From: an uncultured bacterium
Lineage (GTDB): Bacteria > Gemmatimonadota > Gemmatimonadetes > Gemmatimonadales > Gemmatimonadaceae
Assembly (NCBI GenBank): GCA_963978095.1
Contig: CAXBQP010000003.1
Coordinates: forward strand, 32,001-96,000
DNA length: 64,000 bases
Reading direction: 5' to 3'
The first letter of the stretch is position 1. Every line of letters starts with the position of its first letter. Both the position numbers and the translations under genes were made by a program. Shown here piece by piece: positions 1-10,366 of this stretch. The notes below the pieces were generated by a model. The model was not told the DNA's origin, did no database searches, and saw only the letters and a list, made by a program, of their open reading frames with translations.

Positions 1-627
1 CAGTGTGATCCACACCGGTGTGCCCTCCGGTGTGAGCACCCGCCACGCCTCGCGAATCACAACAGGAAGGCCCCGGAAGGGGGCAGATGTGGAATCCTCG
101 GGGATTGTCCCCGCCAGTCGACGAAGTCGGACGATCATCGCGCCCGAGTCGCGGGGCGCCAGATCGTCCAAGCCGTCGATTGCGGTGGGTTTGGCGATCC
201 CAGAGTCGAGAGCAGTCGACCATACAGGGACACCCGGCCGCGACGGTGTCGTGATGGTCGCCCCGTGTTCGCGAGCGCAGGCACGTGATGCAGGGCCGGG
301 GACGAGGATCCCGGGCTGCAGCTGCGCGTCGTGCGAGAAGAGCTCGACCGTGTGCGGTGTCGTGGGGAGTGGGTCGCGCGAGAAGACCACCGGTGTTCCG
401 CGCTCGGTGGACATGACGGCAATCAGGTTGCCCAAGGAGTCGTCCCACGTCGTGATGGCGGGAGCCGACTGCGCGGTCGTCCCCCCGCTGACCATGCTGG
501 AGGACACACCCGGACGTGTGGATTTCACTGGTGAGGCGGGTTTCGTCCCGCACGCAGCGGCAAGCATCGCCAACAGACCCACGGCAAAGCCCTGGGAGAT
601 GCGCGACGTCAGCCGAGAGGCCATCAT
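1..627 (-). CDS. Hypothetical lipoprotein, 3' end runs off the window
   Basis: Not in ORF track because it has no stop in the window. ATG at 627 overlaps the upstream stop (ATGA). Open to position 1: MMASRLTSRISQGFAVGLLAMLAAACGTKP..., lipobox AAAC. Confidence 0.75.
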   Translation of the reverse strand, partial: MMASRLTSRISQGFAVGLLAMLAAACGTKPASPVKSTRPGVSSSMVSGGTTAQSAPAITTWDDSLGNLIAVMSTERGTPVVFSRDPLPTTPHTVELFSHDAQLQPGILVPGPASRACAREHGATITTPSRPGVPVWSTALDSGIAKPTAIDGLDDLAPRDSGAMIVRLRRLAGTIPEDSTSAPFRGLPVVIREAWRVLTPEGTPVWITL

Positions 628-938
628 GGTCGTGGCGGCAGCCATGGCCCGACGAGGTCCCAGTGCCACGCGTCGCGACGAATGCCATCGCGTGGATCAC
701 GCAGCGGTTTGAACTGCAGGCGATGTGGATTCAATCCCACGCCGATTCCCCACCGCACCAAGGTCACCCGATCCGTCGATACGAGGTGGGCCATCGGGCG
801 TCCTTTCCAAATGTGTCGGTGCAACCAGAGGCCGCCCGACATCGCGTGCATCATCCCGTCGCGACGTCGCTCGAACTCCATCCACGGTCCTTCGATGCGC
901 CACTCGACCGCAGCATCCAGGAACTCCGAATCAGTCAT
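624..938 (-). CDS. Small hypothetical protein, weakly DUF4031-like
   Basis: 104 aa ORF directly after polA. MAHLVSTD...LQ...WHWDL resembles the HLVSD...FQ..HYDL pattern of DUF4031. Start uncertain. Confidence 0.6.
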   Translation of the reverse strand: MTDSEFLDAAVEWRIEGPWMEFERRRDGMMHAMSGGLWLHRHIWKGRPMAHLVSTDRVTLVRWGIGVGLNPHRLQFKPLRDPRDGIRRDAWHWDLVGPWLPPRP

Positions 939-953
939 TCCGTCTTCGGCGCG

Positions 954-3899
954 TCAGCGTTTGGTCTCGAGCCAGTTGGGCCCAGTCCCGATATCCACAA
1001 CCAGTGGAACATCGAGTTGCACGGCCGTGGTCATCTCGTGATTCACCAAGTCCCGCAGCGTCTCGAGTTCGTCGGGTGGACACTCGAACACGAGTTCATC
1101 GTGTACTTGCAGCAGCATGCGACTCGCGAGGGCGCGTTCCCGCAACGCATGGTGCAGCCGGATCATGGCCACCTTGATCAGGTCAGCGGCCGACCCCTGA
1201 ATCGGTGAGTTCTGTGCGGTCCGCTCACCGAAGGCGCGGATGTTGAAGTTGCGATCCTTGATCTCCGGGATGTACCGACGCCGCTTGAAGATCGTCTCCA
1301 CGTAGCCATTGACCCGCGCTTGTTCGACGGTGGAGTCCAGGAATCTCCGTACGCCGGCGAAGCGCTCGAAGTACGTCTCGATGAACGCCTTGGCCTCGGC
1401 CACTTCGATCTTCAACTGCCGCGACAAGGCGAACGCTCCCTGGCCATAGATCGTCGCGAAGTTGATGGTCTTGGCGCGCGCCCGCATCTCGCTGGTGACC
1501 GCGCCGAGGTCGACCCCGAAGATGATGGCCGCCGTCTGGCGGTGGATGTCGCCGCCGGCCTTGAAGGCATCGACGAAAGCCGGGTCATGCGAGAGGTGCG
1601 CGAGGAGGCGCAGTTCGATCTGCGAGTAGTCGGCCGCGAGCATCGTCCATCCAGGCTCGGGGATGAATCCCTTGCGGATCTCCTTGCCGAGGTCGCGACG
1701 GATCGGAATGTTCTGGAGGTTCGGGTCACTGGAGGCCAGTCGTCCCGTGCTGGCGACATGCTGGTTGAACGAGGTATGGAGCCGCCCGTCACGGGGATTC
1801 ACGAGGACGGGCAGTGTGTCGAGATACGTACTCTCGAGCTTGGCGAGCTCCCGATACTCCATCAACAATGACGGCAACACATGGCCTTCGTCCGCGAGTT
1901 CCGTCAGGACCGACGCGTCCGTACTCGGCCCCGTGGATGTCTTCTTCTTGACGGGGAGCCCGAGTTTCCCGAAGAGGATGGCGCCGAGCTGCTTGTTGGA
2001 GTTGATGTTGAACTCCTCGCCTGCCGCGTCGTAGATCTGCCGTTCGACGCCGCCGCGCTCCCGCGCAAAACGCGTCTTCAGTGAATGGAACCACGGCACG
2101 TCGATCGCGATCCCGTTCCACTCCATCCCCGCCAGGACTTCGACGAGCGGCATCTCGACATCGTGCAACAGCGCATCGGCGCCCGATTCCTTGAGCTTCG
2201 GCTCGAACAATTTCCGGAGACGGAGTGCGATGTCGGCGTCGGCGCAGGAATACGCACAGGCCGCCGCGATCGGCACCTGGTCAAAAGGGATCTGCGCTTT
2301 TCCCTTGCCCGTGAGCTCGTCGTAGCCGGTCATCGCGAGTTGCAGGAACTCGATGGCCAGCGCATCGATGGCATGCGATCGGCGCCCGGGATCGAGCACA
2401 TAGCTCGCGAGCATGGAATCGAAGTCGAGCCCGCGGACATCGACACCGGTCCGCCGCAGCACCAAGAGATCGTACTTCGCGTTGTGCGCGGTCTTCTTGA
2501 CCGATGGATCACCGAGGAGATCCCGCAGCGGTGCCAACTCGGGCGAGAGGATCGACGGAAGATTCGTGACCGTCGCCCCACCCCCCTCCGCGATGGCTCG
2601 CGCGGCGATGCTTCCACCACTCGCGGCAGACCTGGATGATGTCGGGGTCGCAAGCAGGAGGTCGCCCTGGTCGCTCGCCCACGCCGTGTGTGCGAACGGC
2701 AGATAGAACGCTTCTCCTTCCTCGAAGGCGATGGAGAGACTGACGAGGTTCGCGCGCAGCGGGGTGATGATCGGGGGTGCGCCGTCGTCGAGTACTGTTT
2801 CGGTATCGAACGAGACAAAAGGGGCCGTGCGCGCACGCGCGCACAAGGCCACGACCCCCTCGACGGTGTCGACCACGGTGTAGCGCGTCGGGATCGCATC
2901 CGGTACCGCAACAGTGGCGGGCGACGTCCGCTCCGCGGTCGCCGCATCAGCGGTCGCCGATGGCGTGGCACCGGACAGCCCGGCGGTAGTGCCGAGTGCC
3001 TGTGCGGCGGCTTCCTGCGCATTGTTCCGGAACTCGAGCTCGACAAAGAGGTCACGCAACCGATTCCAATCCGGCGTGCTGACCTTGAGCGCGTCGAGGT
3101 CAAGCGTCATCGGCAAATCGTCGCGAATAGTTACTAATTCCTTGGACAGAACCCCGTTGTCCCGGAATTCCTTGAGCGCGTTGCGGGCACGGGTCGGTTC
3201 CACCTCGTCGACGTGGGCGAGGATGTTCTCGAGCGGTCCCCACTTCTCGATCAGGGCCAGGGCGGACTTGTCCCCGATCCCCTTGACCCCGGGAACATTG
3301 TCGCTCGTGTCGCCCAGGAGGGCGAGATAGTCGGTGACGCGCTCAGGGATGACCCCCAGGCGTTCGACCGCGTTGTTGCGATCGTACCATTTCTCGGAGG
3401 TGAAGCCCGGCCGACCATGCCATGGGTTCAGGATCCAGACGCCGTCATCGATCAGCTGAACGAAATCCTTGTCACCCGAGACGATCACGCCGTGGACGCC
3501 CCGGTGGGGCGCTTGGCGGACGAGCGTCCCGATCACGTCGTCGGCCTCATAGTGTTCGAGGCTGAGAATCGGGATCTGCATCGCCGCCAGGATCTGCGAG
3601 ATGCGCTCGACACCGGTGTCGAAATCGGCCTGCATCGCCGGTTCGAGTCGTTCGCGGGTGGCCTTGTACGCCGGATACCGTTCGTGGCGGAAGGACAGGC
3701 CGGCGTCGTGCACCCAGCCGAGGTACTCCGGCTTGTGCTTGTCCATGAGGCGCCGGAGAAAGTCGTAGGCGCCGCGGGCGATCGATGTATTCTCGCCCTT
3801 GGAGTTGATCAGCGGTTGCGCACCGTACGCGAAGAATGCGCGATAGATCATCGCGTAACCGTCGATCAGAAAGAGGCGCGGCGAGGGGGCTGGAGGCAT
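954..3899 (-). CDS. polA: DNA polymerase I
   Basis: 5'-3' exonuclease (LFLIDG, YKATR, EADD), 3'-5' exonuclease motifs (FDTET, HNAKYD, YSCAD), polymerase motifs (DYSQIELR, AKTINFATIYG, QVHDE). ATG 3899 preferred over 3932. Confidence 0.98.
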   Translation of the reverse strand: MPPAPSPRLFLIDGYAMIYRAFFAYGAQPLINSKGENTSIARGAYDFLRRLMDKHKPEYLGWVHDAGLSFRHERYPAYKATRERLEPAMQADFDTGVERISQILAAMQIPILSLEHYEADDVIGTLVRQAPHRGVHGVIVSGDKDFVQLIDDGVWILNPWHGRPGFTSEKWYDRNNAVERLGVIPERVTDYLALLGDTSDNVPGVKGIGDKSALALIEKWGPLENILAHVDEVEPTRARNALKEFRDNGVLSKELVTIRDDLPMTLDLDALKVSTPDWNRLRDLFVELEFRNNAQEAAAQALGTTAGLSGATPSATADAATAERTSPATVAVPDAIPTRYTVVDTVEGVVALCARARTAPFVSFDTETVLDDGAPPIITPLRANLVSLSIAFEEGEAFYLPFAHTAWASDQGDLLLATPTSSRSAASGGSIAARAIAEGGGATVTNLPSILSPELAPLRDLLGDPSVKKTAHNAKYDLLVLRRTGVDVRGLDFDSMLASYVLDPGRRSHAIDALAIEFLQLAMTGYDELTGKGKAQIPFDQVPIAAACAYSCADADIALRLRKLFEPKLKESGADALLHDVEMPLVEVLAGMEWNGIAIDVPWFHSLKTRFARERGGVERQIYDAAGEEFNINSNKQLGAILFGKLGLPVKKKTSTGPSTDASVLTELADEGHVLPSLLMEYRELAKLESTYLDTLPVLVNPRDGRLHTSFNQHVASTGRLASSDPNLQNIPIRRDLGKEIRKGFIPEPGWTMLAADYSQIELRLLAHLSHDPAFVDAFKAGGDIHRQTAAIIFGVDLGAVTSEMRARAKTINFATIYGQGAFALSRQLKIEVAEAKAFIETYFERFAGVRRFLDSTVEQARVNGYVETIFKRRRYIPEIKDRNFNIRAFGERTAQNSPIQGSAADLIKVAMIRLHHALRERALASRMLLQVHDELVFECPPDELETLRDLVNHEMTTAVQLDVPLVVDIGTGPNWLETKR

Positions 3900-3975
3900 A
3901 GGGGAAGTTTCGCCCACGGGCCGCCTTGGCACCAGCGACGGGTCGTCCTGACCCCCTGGGCCGTCGGGGGAACCC

Positions 3976-4593
3976 TCAGGACAACCAGAGCGACAGCAAT
4001 CCGGTGGCGGCCGTCACCCGCACATTGTCGTCGAGCGGGCGGGTCGGGCGTTCGACGACCGCGGCAAGCGCGCCGACCGCGAGGGCCGCCATCGGCGTGG
4101 CCGAGGTCAACCACCACACGCCGATGGCGCTGCACACGGCGCACGCGATGGAGCCGGCCCATGTCTTGCGCCCACCCGTTGGGGACAGGGCGCGCCCGAC
4201 GATCGCCGCGGCGGGATCTCCGATCGTCGCGCACCACAACGCGGCAATGGCTGCCGGCGCTGGGAGCAGCACCACAGCAGCAAGACTGGAGAGGCACAAC
4301 CAGGTGGCGCCCGTCAGGTGGTGCGCCTCGCGCGGCCGAAGCAACGGACCGAACCACCGGGTGAACGGCGTGCCGACGGTGGTGGTGTTCCAGCGAAGCC
4401 ATTCGACGCCGAGGGCCAGGATCGAAGCCACGGCGAAGGCGCTACTGATCCACCGTACCGGGACGCCAAAGTGGTACCCGATCGGCACGAGTGCCGTGGC
4501 GAGATGCAGCAGCTTGCGGGAGATCTCGCGTTTCAATGAAAACGCGGCCCCCTCCGGTCGCTGGGCACCGGAGGGAACGTCTGCAGCGATCAC
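3976..4593 (-). CDS. CTP-dependent polyprenol/phytol/diacylglycerol kinase family membrane protein (SEC59/VTE5-like)
   Basis: RKLLH, GDPAAAIVG, KTWAGS and DDN motifs; several hydrophobic segments. GTG 4593 overlaps the upstream stop (GTGA). Confidence 0.8.
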   Translation of the reverse strand: MIAADVPSGAQRPEGAAFSLKREISRKLLHLATALVPIGYHFGVPVRWISSAFAVASILALGVEWLRWNTTTVGTPFTRWFGPLLRPREAHHLTGATWLCLSSLAAVVLLPAPAAIAALWCATIGDPAAAIVGRALSPTGGRKTWAGSIACAVCSAIGVWWLTSATPMAALAVGALAAVVERPTRPLDDNVRVTAATGLLSLWLS

Positions 4594-6005
4594 GGGGTGA
4601 TCTTGCGGCGCCAAGCGGCCTGAAAGGCGATTTCACTGCTGTTCACCAGTTTCCACCGACCGAATCCGGTCTGATCGTAGAAGGTGAGCTGCAGGTTCTG
4701 GTTGCGATAATCCCAGATCTGGGATCGCCCGCGCTGCCCGAAATCGTTGGAGTTCCGCTGATCGAACACCTGATCCGGTTCGCCAAGTCCGAGGAGCACT
4801 TTGCCGCGATCCGTCATCCACCCCGGGATTCCCTCTTCGCGGAATCGGGTGTTGGCGCCCAGCAGCCGGCGGAAATAATCCCGGAGCGGTTCATTGCTTC
4901 CGCCCAGTGTGGCGTGACGCTTCACGAAGGCCGACCACGCTCCGGCCCGGGACTCGGGCGCCGTGTCCCGCAGCGTGTTGAGCTCGTACGCCGGCGCGAA
5001 CCACCGGAGATAGGTGATCATCTCCTCGTACGTCGTGACCGGAAGATCCTCCCCGAAGCCGATGAAGATCGGTGCCTTGACGCTGTCGGGACGTCCCGGT
5101 TGCACGAAGGCGACCTGTGCGGCACCGATGGTCAGACGCGCGACCGGTATCAGGACGACGCCCGAGTACAAATTGCCACGCCGGGGAATCGACGTGGAAT
5201 CGGCGAAGATCGTTTGTCCCTTCTCGCTCAGGACCGCGTAGCGGATCGGGAGTCGTGCCCCCGACGTCCTGCTGTATCCCTCGAGGTACAGAGGCACCAT
5301 CGAGTCGCTGCCGAACGTGATGGTCGAGGTCGGACTCGACACGATCTGCGGCAGCGAGTCGGTATTGCTGCGCGTGACCGCGCGCGCGAAGGTGATGGGT
5401 GAGGACAACATGCCCTCCTTCACCGCGGGGACGAGCAATGTCACATCCTCGGTGCTGGAGCGCGAGCTTCCGTCATCCCGAACCGTCAGGACGAGGTTGT
5501 AACTGCCGGGCGGAAGGGTGAGCAGTTCTTGAAAGATGACGCTTTCGTCGATGCGGGAGGTCTCGCGGAAACTGCTCAACACAACCGATTCCCGCGCATC
5601 GGTCTGCTTGACCGTCGCTCCGTTCTGCTTGATGGAGATCTCCACCGAGTAGCCGGCACGGAAGCGATCCCCTTCACGTGAGAACGTGAGCGAGGCATTC
5701 GCGATCCCGAGGCCGAGCAGAACATGCGTGGAGTCCGGCGTGCCCGTGGCCAGAAAGGACGCGTTGCCGACGAACGGCATCGGGGCGCCGCGTGCGAGCA
5801 GTCCGAGTTGCTGGTAGAGCCGGACCTGATCGAACTGGGGTCCCGTGGACGGCGTGGTCCCGTTGGCGGCTGCACCGCTCCCCTTGGGCGAGGCGGCAGG
5901 CACCGGTGCTCCCGCTGGTCCACCCGCCGGGCGAGCGCCGCCGCAGGCGGCCAACACCACGACGGTCACCCCCCACACTCCACCACGCCACATCCTCGTG
6001 ATCAT
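4590..6005 (-). CDS. GWxTD domain-containing lipoprotein
   Basis: GWMTDRG motif followed by GEPD; N-terminal lipobox LAAC. Confidence 0.88.
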   Translation of the reverse strand: MITRMWRGGVWGVTVVVLAACGGARPAGGPAGAPVPAASPKGSGAAANGTTPSTGPQFDQVRLYQQLGLLARGAPMPFVGNASFLATGTPDSTHVLLGLGIANASLTFSREGDRFRAGYSVEISIKQNGATVKQTDARESVVLSSFRETSRIDESVIFQELLTLPPGSYNLVLTVRDDGSSRSSTEDVTLLVPAVKEGMLSSPITFARAVTRSNTDSLPQIVSSPTSTITFGSDSMVPLYLEGYSRTSGARLPIRYAVLSEKGQTIFADSTSIPRRGNLYSGVVLIPVARLTIGAAQVAFVQPGRPDSVKAPIFIGFGEDLPVTTYEEMITYLRWFAPAYELNTLRDTAPESRAGAWSAFVKRHATLGGSNEPLRDYFRRLLGANTRFREEGIPGWMTDRGKVLLGLGEPDQVFDQRNSNDFGQRGRSQIWDYRNQNLQLTFYDQTGFGRWKLVNSSEIAFQAAWRRKITP

Positions 6006-6112
6006 GCAAACCCCGGGCATTCGAGAAAGATTCGTCGACATCTACACCAGTACCCTCGGTCCGTCACATCGTTTCGCTTGCACGCTTGGGTCCTGAGGGT
6101 TAGCTTCGCCGC

Positions 6113-7030
6113 GTGGCTCGAGACCCTCTCGTTGGAACAGAACTCGCCGGCTATTCCCTTCTCGACCGTGTCGGGGAAGGCGGGACTGCCGTAGTATATC
6201 GCGCCGAACACCCGGAACATGGGCCCGTCGCGGTGAAAGTCCTCAAGGACAAGCTCCGCCAGGACAAAACCGCCGTCACCCGATTCCTGCGCGAGGCGCA
6301 ATTCGGAGGGCGTGTCGTCCACCCAAAGGTCGTGCGGACCATAGAGGCGGGGCAATCCCCTGAAGGGCTCCACTATCTGGCCATCGAGTGGGCACCCGGG
6401 GAGATCCTCGAAGGGTACGCCAAGCGTAACGCCCCACTCAAACCCGATGAGGTCTCGGCGATCATCCTGCAGATCGCCGATGCCGTGCACGCCGCGCATG
6501 CTACGGGCGTCGTCCACCGCGACCTGAAGCCGGAGAACCTGATGTATGATCCGGCCTCCCGAAACGTCAAGTTGCTCGACTTCGGCATTGCGATGGCCAC
6601 CGATTCGGCGCCGAATGAACGGCTCACCCGCGCGGGGTTCTTCGTCGGCACCCTGATGTATGTGGCTCCGGAGGCACTCTCGGGTGAGGTGGTCACCGCG
6701 GCGGCGGATCAGTACAGTCTCGGTATCATCGCCTACTTGCTGCTCTCCGGCGTGTTGCCCTACACCGCCAAGACGCCGCGGGAGATGTTCACGCAGTTGC
6801 TCTCCGACCCGCCGATCGCGCTGAACAAAGCCGTACAGGGCGTGCACTATCCGGCGAGCGTCGAGAACGCCGTCATGAGAGCCCTCGCGAAGGCACCGGC
6901 AGACCGTTTCCCCGATGTGCTCGCCTTCGCCAAGGCACTGGAGCTCGGTCTTCAGGATGTGGGCAAGGCGGGAAGTGAAGACGGCGGACTCTTTTCCAAG
7001 ATGCGGGGGCTCTTCGGACGGAAACCGTGA
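6113..7030 (+). CDS. Hanks-type Ser/Thr protein kinase, catalytic domain only
   Basis: GEGG loop, VAVK, HRDLKPEN, DFG, YVAPE motifs. Confidence 0.95.
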   Translation: MARDPLVGTELAGYSLLDRVGEGGTAVVYRAEHPEHGPVAVKVLKDKLRQDKTAVTRFLREAQFGGRVVHPKVVRTIEAGQSPEGLHYLAIEWAPGEILEGYAKRNAPLKPDEVSAIILQIADAVHAAHATGVVHRDLKPENLMYDPASRNVKLLDFGIAMATDSAPNERLTRAGFFVGTLMYVAPEALSGEVVTAAADQYSLGIIAYLLLSGVLPYTAKTPREMFTQLLSDPPIALNKAVQGVHYPASVENAVMRALAKAPADRFPDVLAFAKALELGLQDVGKAGSEDGGLFSKMRGLFGRKP

Positions 7031-7102
7031 TCAGGTCGTGCGAACCCCGTGACCGTACCACACCAACGACCGCTCGGCATCTGCCGGGCGGTCGTCCCGC
7101 AT

Positions 7103-8167
7103 TCAGCGCAAGTCGGCCACAGGAGGCGTTGGGCTGTCGGCAGGCAGCCACACGGTGAACGACGACCCGACCCCAAGGGTGCTCTCAACGGTGATGTCAC
7201 CGTCGAGCAGTCGCGCCAGACGCCGTGAGATCGCGAGCCCCAACCCCGTGCCGCGACGCGCCGAATCGCCACGCGGCCCGGCATTCACCTGCTCGAATTC
7301 CTCGAAGACACGCACGAGGTCCTTCTCCGCGATCCCGATCCCCGTATCGGCGACCTGCAGCGCGACCCAGGATCCGCCGCTCGCCAGCAACGGGTGTCGA
7401 TTGGCCGCCGCCGCCACGCGCGCCACATCACCATCCGGGACCAAGATGGCACGCAACGTCACACTCCCGGACGGCGTGAACTTGATGGCGTTGCCCAGGA
7501 GATTCACAAGGATCTGCCGAAGATGCGTCGGGTCGGTCGCGATGCGTGGGAGTGTGGCGGGAATGGCAATCGAGAAGGAAAGCCCTCGTTCGGTGATGAG
7601 CGGCTCCACTTCACTCGCGACATCGATCACGAAGGGACGCAACTTGACGAGTTCCGTATGCACGTCGAGACGCCCCGCCGCCATCTTGGCGAGATCCAAC
7701 ACCTGCTCGACGAGCGCCTGCAGGTGATTGGCCGACGACTCAATCCGCTCGACGGGTCCGACCTGACGTGGCGAGAGCTCCCCGTAGGCACCGTCGCGCA
7801 AGAGATCCACGAATCCGACGATCGCCGCCAGCGGCGTCCGCAACTCGTGCGACACGTTGGCCAGGAACTCCCCCTTCGCGCGATTCGCCCGGTACAGCTC
7901 CGCGGACAACTGCTCCAGTTCCGCTGATCGGTCAGCGATGTCAGCGGCCTGTTTCCGCTGTTGCACAAGTCCGAGGAACAGCGCGAGCACCGCAAGTCCA
8001 ACCGCTCCCCACAGCGCGAGACGTACTCCGGGCGAACCATGGAGCCGTACATAGTGGTCCCCGATGGCGAGCGCGACGAACAACCCCACGAACACCGCGC
8101 CGAGCGCGAAGGTCGACGGGCGCAACCGGGTACGCGTCTCCGCGAAGAGCTCAGGACGCTCCGCCAT
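7103..8167 (-). CDS. Membrane sensor histidine kinase
   Basis: Two TM helices, SHELRTPL H-box, NLLGNAIKFT, DTGIGI, GTGLGL. Confidence 0.95.
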   Translation of the reverse strand: MAERPELFAETRTRLRPSTFALGAVFVGLFVALAIGDHYVRLHGSPGVRLALWGAVGLAVLALFLGLVQQRKQAADIADRSAELEQLSAELYRANRAKGEFLANVSHELRTPLAAIVGFVDLLRDGAYGELSPRQVGPVERIESSANHLQALVEQVLDLAKMAAGRLDVHTELVKLRPFVIDVASEVEPLITERGLSFSIAIPATLPRIATDPTHLRQILVNLLGNAIKFTPSGSVTLRAILVPDGDVARVAAAANRHPLLASGGSWVALQVADTGIGIAEKDLVRVFEEFEQVNAGPRGDSARRGTGLGLAISRRLARLLDGDITVESTLGVGSSFTVWLPADSPTPPVADLR

Positions 8168-8235
8168 CAGCTCCGCCTGCCTTTCATCCGTCGCTGCATT
8201 GACGCATCCTTCACGCTCGCCTAACCTCCGCCGTC

Positions 8236-8790
8236 ATGACACCTACCGAACGCCTGCTCTCGATGCTCGCCGAACGCTCGGCGAAGCGTGGCAACTTCAC
8301 CCTCGCCTCCGGTCGACAGTCGACACTGTACATCGACTGCCGACTCACGACCATGAGCCCGGATGGACTCGCGACCATCGGACCCTTGGGGCTCGCGGCA
8401 GTCCGTGACGCGGGATGGTCCCCTGATGCCGTGGGTGGGCTCACCCTGGGCGCCGACCCCGTGTCGTACGCGATTGCCCACGCCAGTGCACTCGCCGGAA
8501 CCCCGGTGCGCGCCTTCACTGTGCGGAAGGAAGCGAAAACACACGGGACTGGCAAGCTCATCGAGGGACCCTACCGCAGTGGCGATCGCGTGGTGGTGAT
8601 CGAGGACGTCATCACCACCGGCGGCTCGGCGCTCAAGGCCGTGGAGGCCGTGCGTGCCGCGGGCGGCACCGTGCTGGGGGTGCTCGCCGTGGTCGACCGA
8701 GAAGAGGGAGGGGTGGAAGCCATCCGCGCCGCGGGCGTGGAGTCCATTGCACTCGCACGGGCGTCGGAGATCGTCGCGCGGATGGCGTGA
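8236..8790 (+). CDS. pyrE: Orotate phosphoribosyltransferase
   Basis: FTLASG, RKEAKTHG, VIEDVITTGGS PRPP-binding motif. Confidence 0.96.
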   Translation: MTPTERLLSMLAERSAKRGNFTLASGRQSTLYIDCRLTTMSPDGLATIGPLGLAAVRDAGWSPDAVGGLTLGADPVSYAIAHASALAGTPVRAFTVRKEAKTHGTGKLIEGPYRSGDRVVVIEDVITTGGSALKAVEAVRAAGGTVLGVLAVVDREEGGVEAIRAAGVESIALARASEIVARMA

Positions 8791-8857
8791 CCACCGCATC
8801 TCCGGCCGCTTCAGGCGGTGCCGGAGAGGTGGTGGTGTCCTGATGAACACGCCGCGG

Positions 8858-9841
8858 TCACTGCAAGAGGCGTGGAATCTTCGGCGCAAAGAGCAGGGAC
8901 GCGGCCGAGGGGGGCGTCGGGGGAGTGGTCGCAAACGGATGCACCCCTGGAGCGACCACCACGATCGGTGCTCCCGCGATGTCGGTGGCGGACCCCGGCA
9001 CCTGTCTCGCAAGGGGCCGCAGCTCGCGGAGGACGGGAAGATACGGAAGGATCAAGGTTTCCCTGAAGTGGCGCAGCATCGTCTGCCCGTCGTACCGGCG
9101 CCGGAAATCGGTCGCGTTGATCGCCAGCACGGATTTCACGTGGCGGCCGAAGCTCTGCGGCGACGAATAGTCGAGATGGTTGGCGACATCGGCGACTGAG
9201 AGCCCGGGATTCTCGAAGAGCCGCGCGGCGCGGACGAGTCGCGCGAAGGCGAGGTAGCGTTTCGGGGCGGGAAGCCGGGCGCGGAAGAATCGACTCATGA
9301 GCGTGCTCGGCAAGACGCCCAGCCGGCGCGCCAGCACCCGGATGGTCGGCGCACTGTACGATCGGGTGAAGAGGGATTCGAAGAACTTCCAGCAATCCGG
9401 GCTCGCGTCGCGCAGATCTTGCTGGAGGACGCCGAGCGCGATCCGATCCATGTCGTTGGTGACTTCGGCACCGAGCACGTCGCGAAGACGTCCCCACCCC
9501 GCGGCGTATCGCACGTCGACGAGTGTTCGAACCCCACAGTTTCCCAGTGCGAGCACCGACGCCGGGTCCGTGTCGGAGGCCGCCGACACGAGCGCCACCG
9601 TCGGAACTCTCGGAAAGTCGCGCACCACCGCCTGCATGTGTGCCGGCTCCTCACGCACGCAGCGCGCGACGGACACGATCACCGCACTGATGCGCCGCTC
9701 TTTGAGATCTCGCCGCACCTCGTCCAGTGATTCACGGTGGAGTGTGCGGTACAGTCCCGCGCCCGCCGCATCGACACTGCGTCGTTCGGATGGATCCAGC
9801 ACCGTCGCAACAGGGGGAAGTCGATCGGTCGATGTCGTCAC
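8858..9841 (-). CDS. AraC-family transcriptional regulator with a receiver-like N-terminal domain
   Basis: C-terminal LSVADVANHLDYSSPQSFGRH AraC HTH; SD GAGGAGG before the GTG. Confidence 0.85.
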   Translation of the reverse strand: MTTSTDRLPPVATVLDPSERRSVDAAGAGLYRTLHRESLDEVRRDLKERRISAVIVSVARCVREEPAHMQAVVRDFPRVPTVALVSAASDTDPASVLALGNCGVRTLVDVRYAAGWGRLRDVLGAEVTNDMDRIALGVLQQDLRDASPDCWKFFESLFTRSYSAPTIRVLARRLGVLPSTLMSRFFRARLPAPKRYLAFARLVRAARLFENPGLSVADVANHLDYSSPQSFGRHVKSVLAINATDFRRRYDGQTMLRHFRETLILPYLPVLRELRPLARQVPGSATDIAGAPIVVVAPGVHPFATTPPTPPSAASLLFAPKIPRLLQ

Positions 9842-9967
9842 GTGGCCCCTCCTCGGGTTTGGTGTTCAATCGGACAGGAGAAGGGTAGGACCGCGCTGTC
9901 ATTGGCTCGTCACCGTATCGCTGGTCGCATGGTCGACAGGGACTGGCTACTATTAACCAGGGAGGTT

Positions 9968-10338
9968 TCCCTCGGCCGGACGGTCGCGACGTGGTGGCAG
10001 GAATGCCGCATCGAGGAAAGTCCGGGCTCCATGGACACGTTGCCAGGTAACGCCTGGGCGCCTCGCAAGAGGTGACGGATAGTGCCACAGAGAATCAGAC
10101 CGCCTTCGGAAACGGAGGTAAGGGTGAAAAGGTGGGGTAAGAGCCCACCGCGTTCGTGGTAACACGGACGGCACGGTAAACCCCAGCTGGAGCAAGGCCG
10201 AATAGGCGGTGAGCAGCAGTCCTCTGCGATCAAGACACCGCGGGTAGGCCGCTAGAGGGTACGGGTGACCGTACTCCGAGAGAAATGACCGTCCGGAGTC
10301 GCAAGGCTCTGACAGAACCCGGCTTATAGGCCGAGGGA
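9968..10338 (+). ncRNA. rnpB: RNase P RNA, bacterial type A
   Basis: Hallmark GAGGAAAGTCCGGGCTCC, AGTGCCACAGA, GGTAAACCCC..GGAGCAAG and ACAGAACCCGGCTTATAG. P1 ends TCCCTCGGCC / GGCCGAGGGA pair. TACTAT -10 just upstream. Confidence 0.97.
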
Positions 10339-10366
10339 TTCCCCCTTCCCACTTTTCTTCGTGTGC

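Noticed and set aside
4530..4545. Canonical parS look-alikes (CGTTTCAATGAAAACG near 4530; CACGTG cores near 5675 and 39878)
   Set aside because: Too many mismatches to TGTTTCACGTGAAACA and no full dyad.
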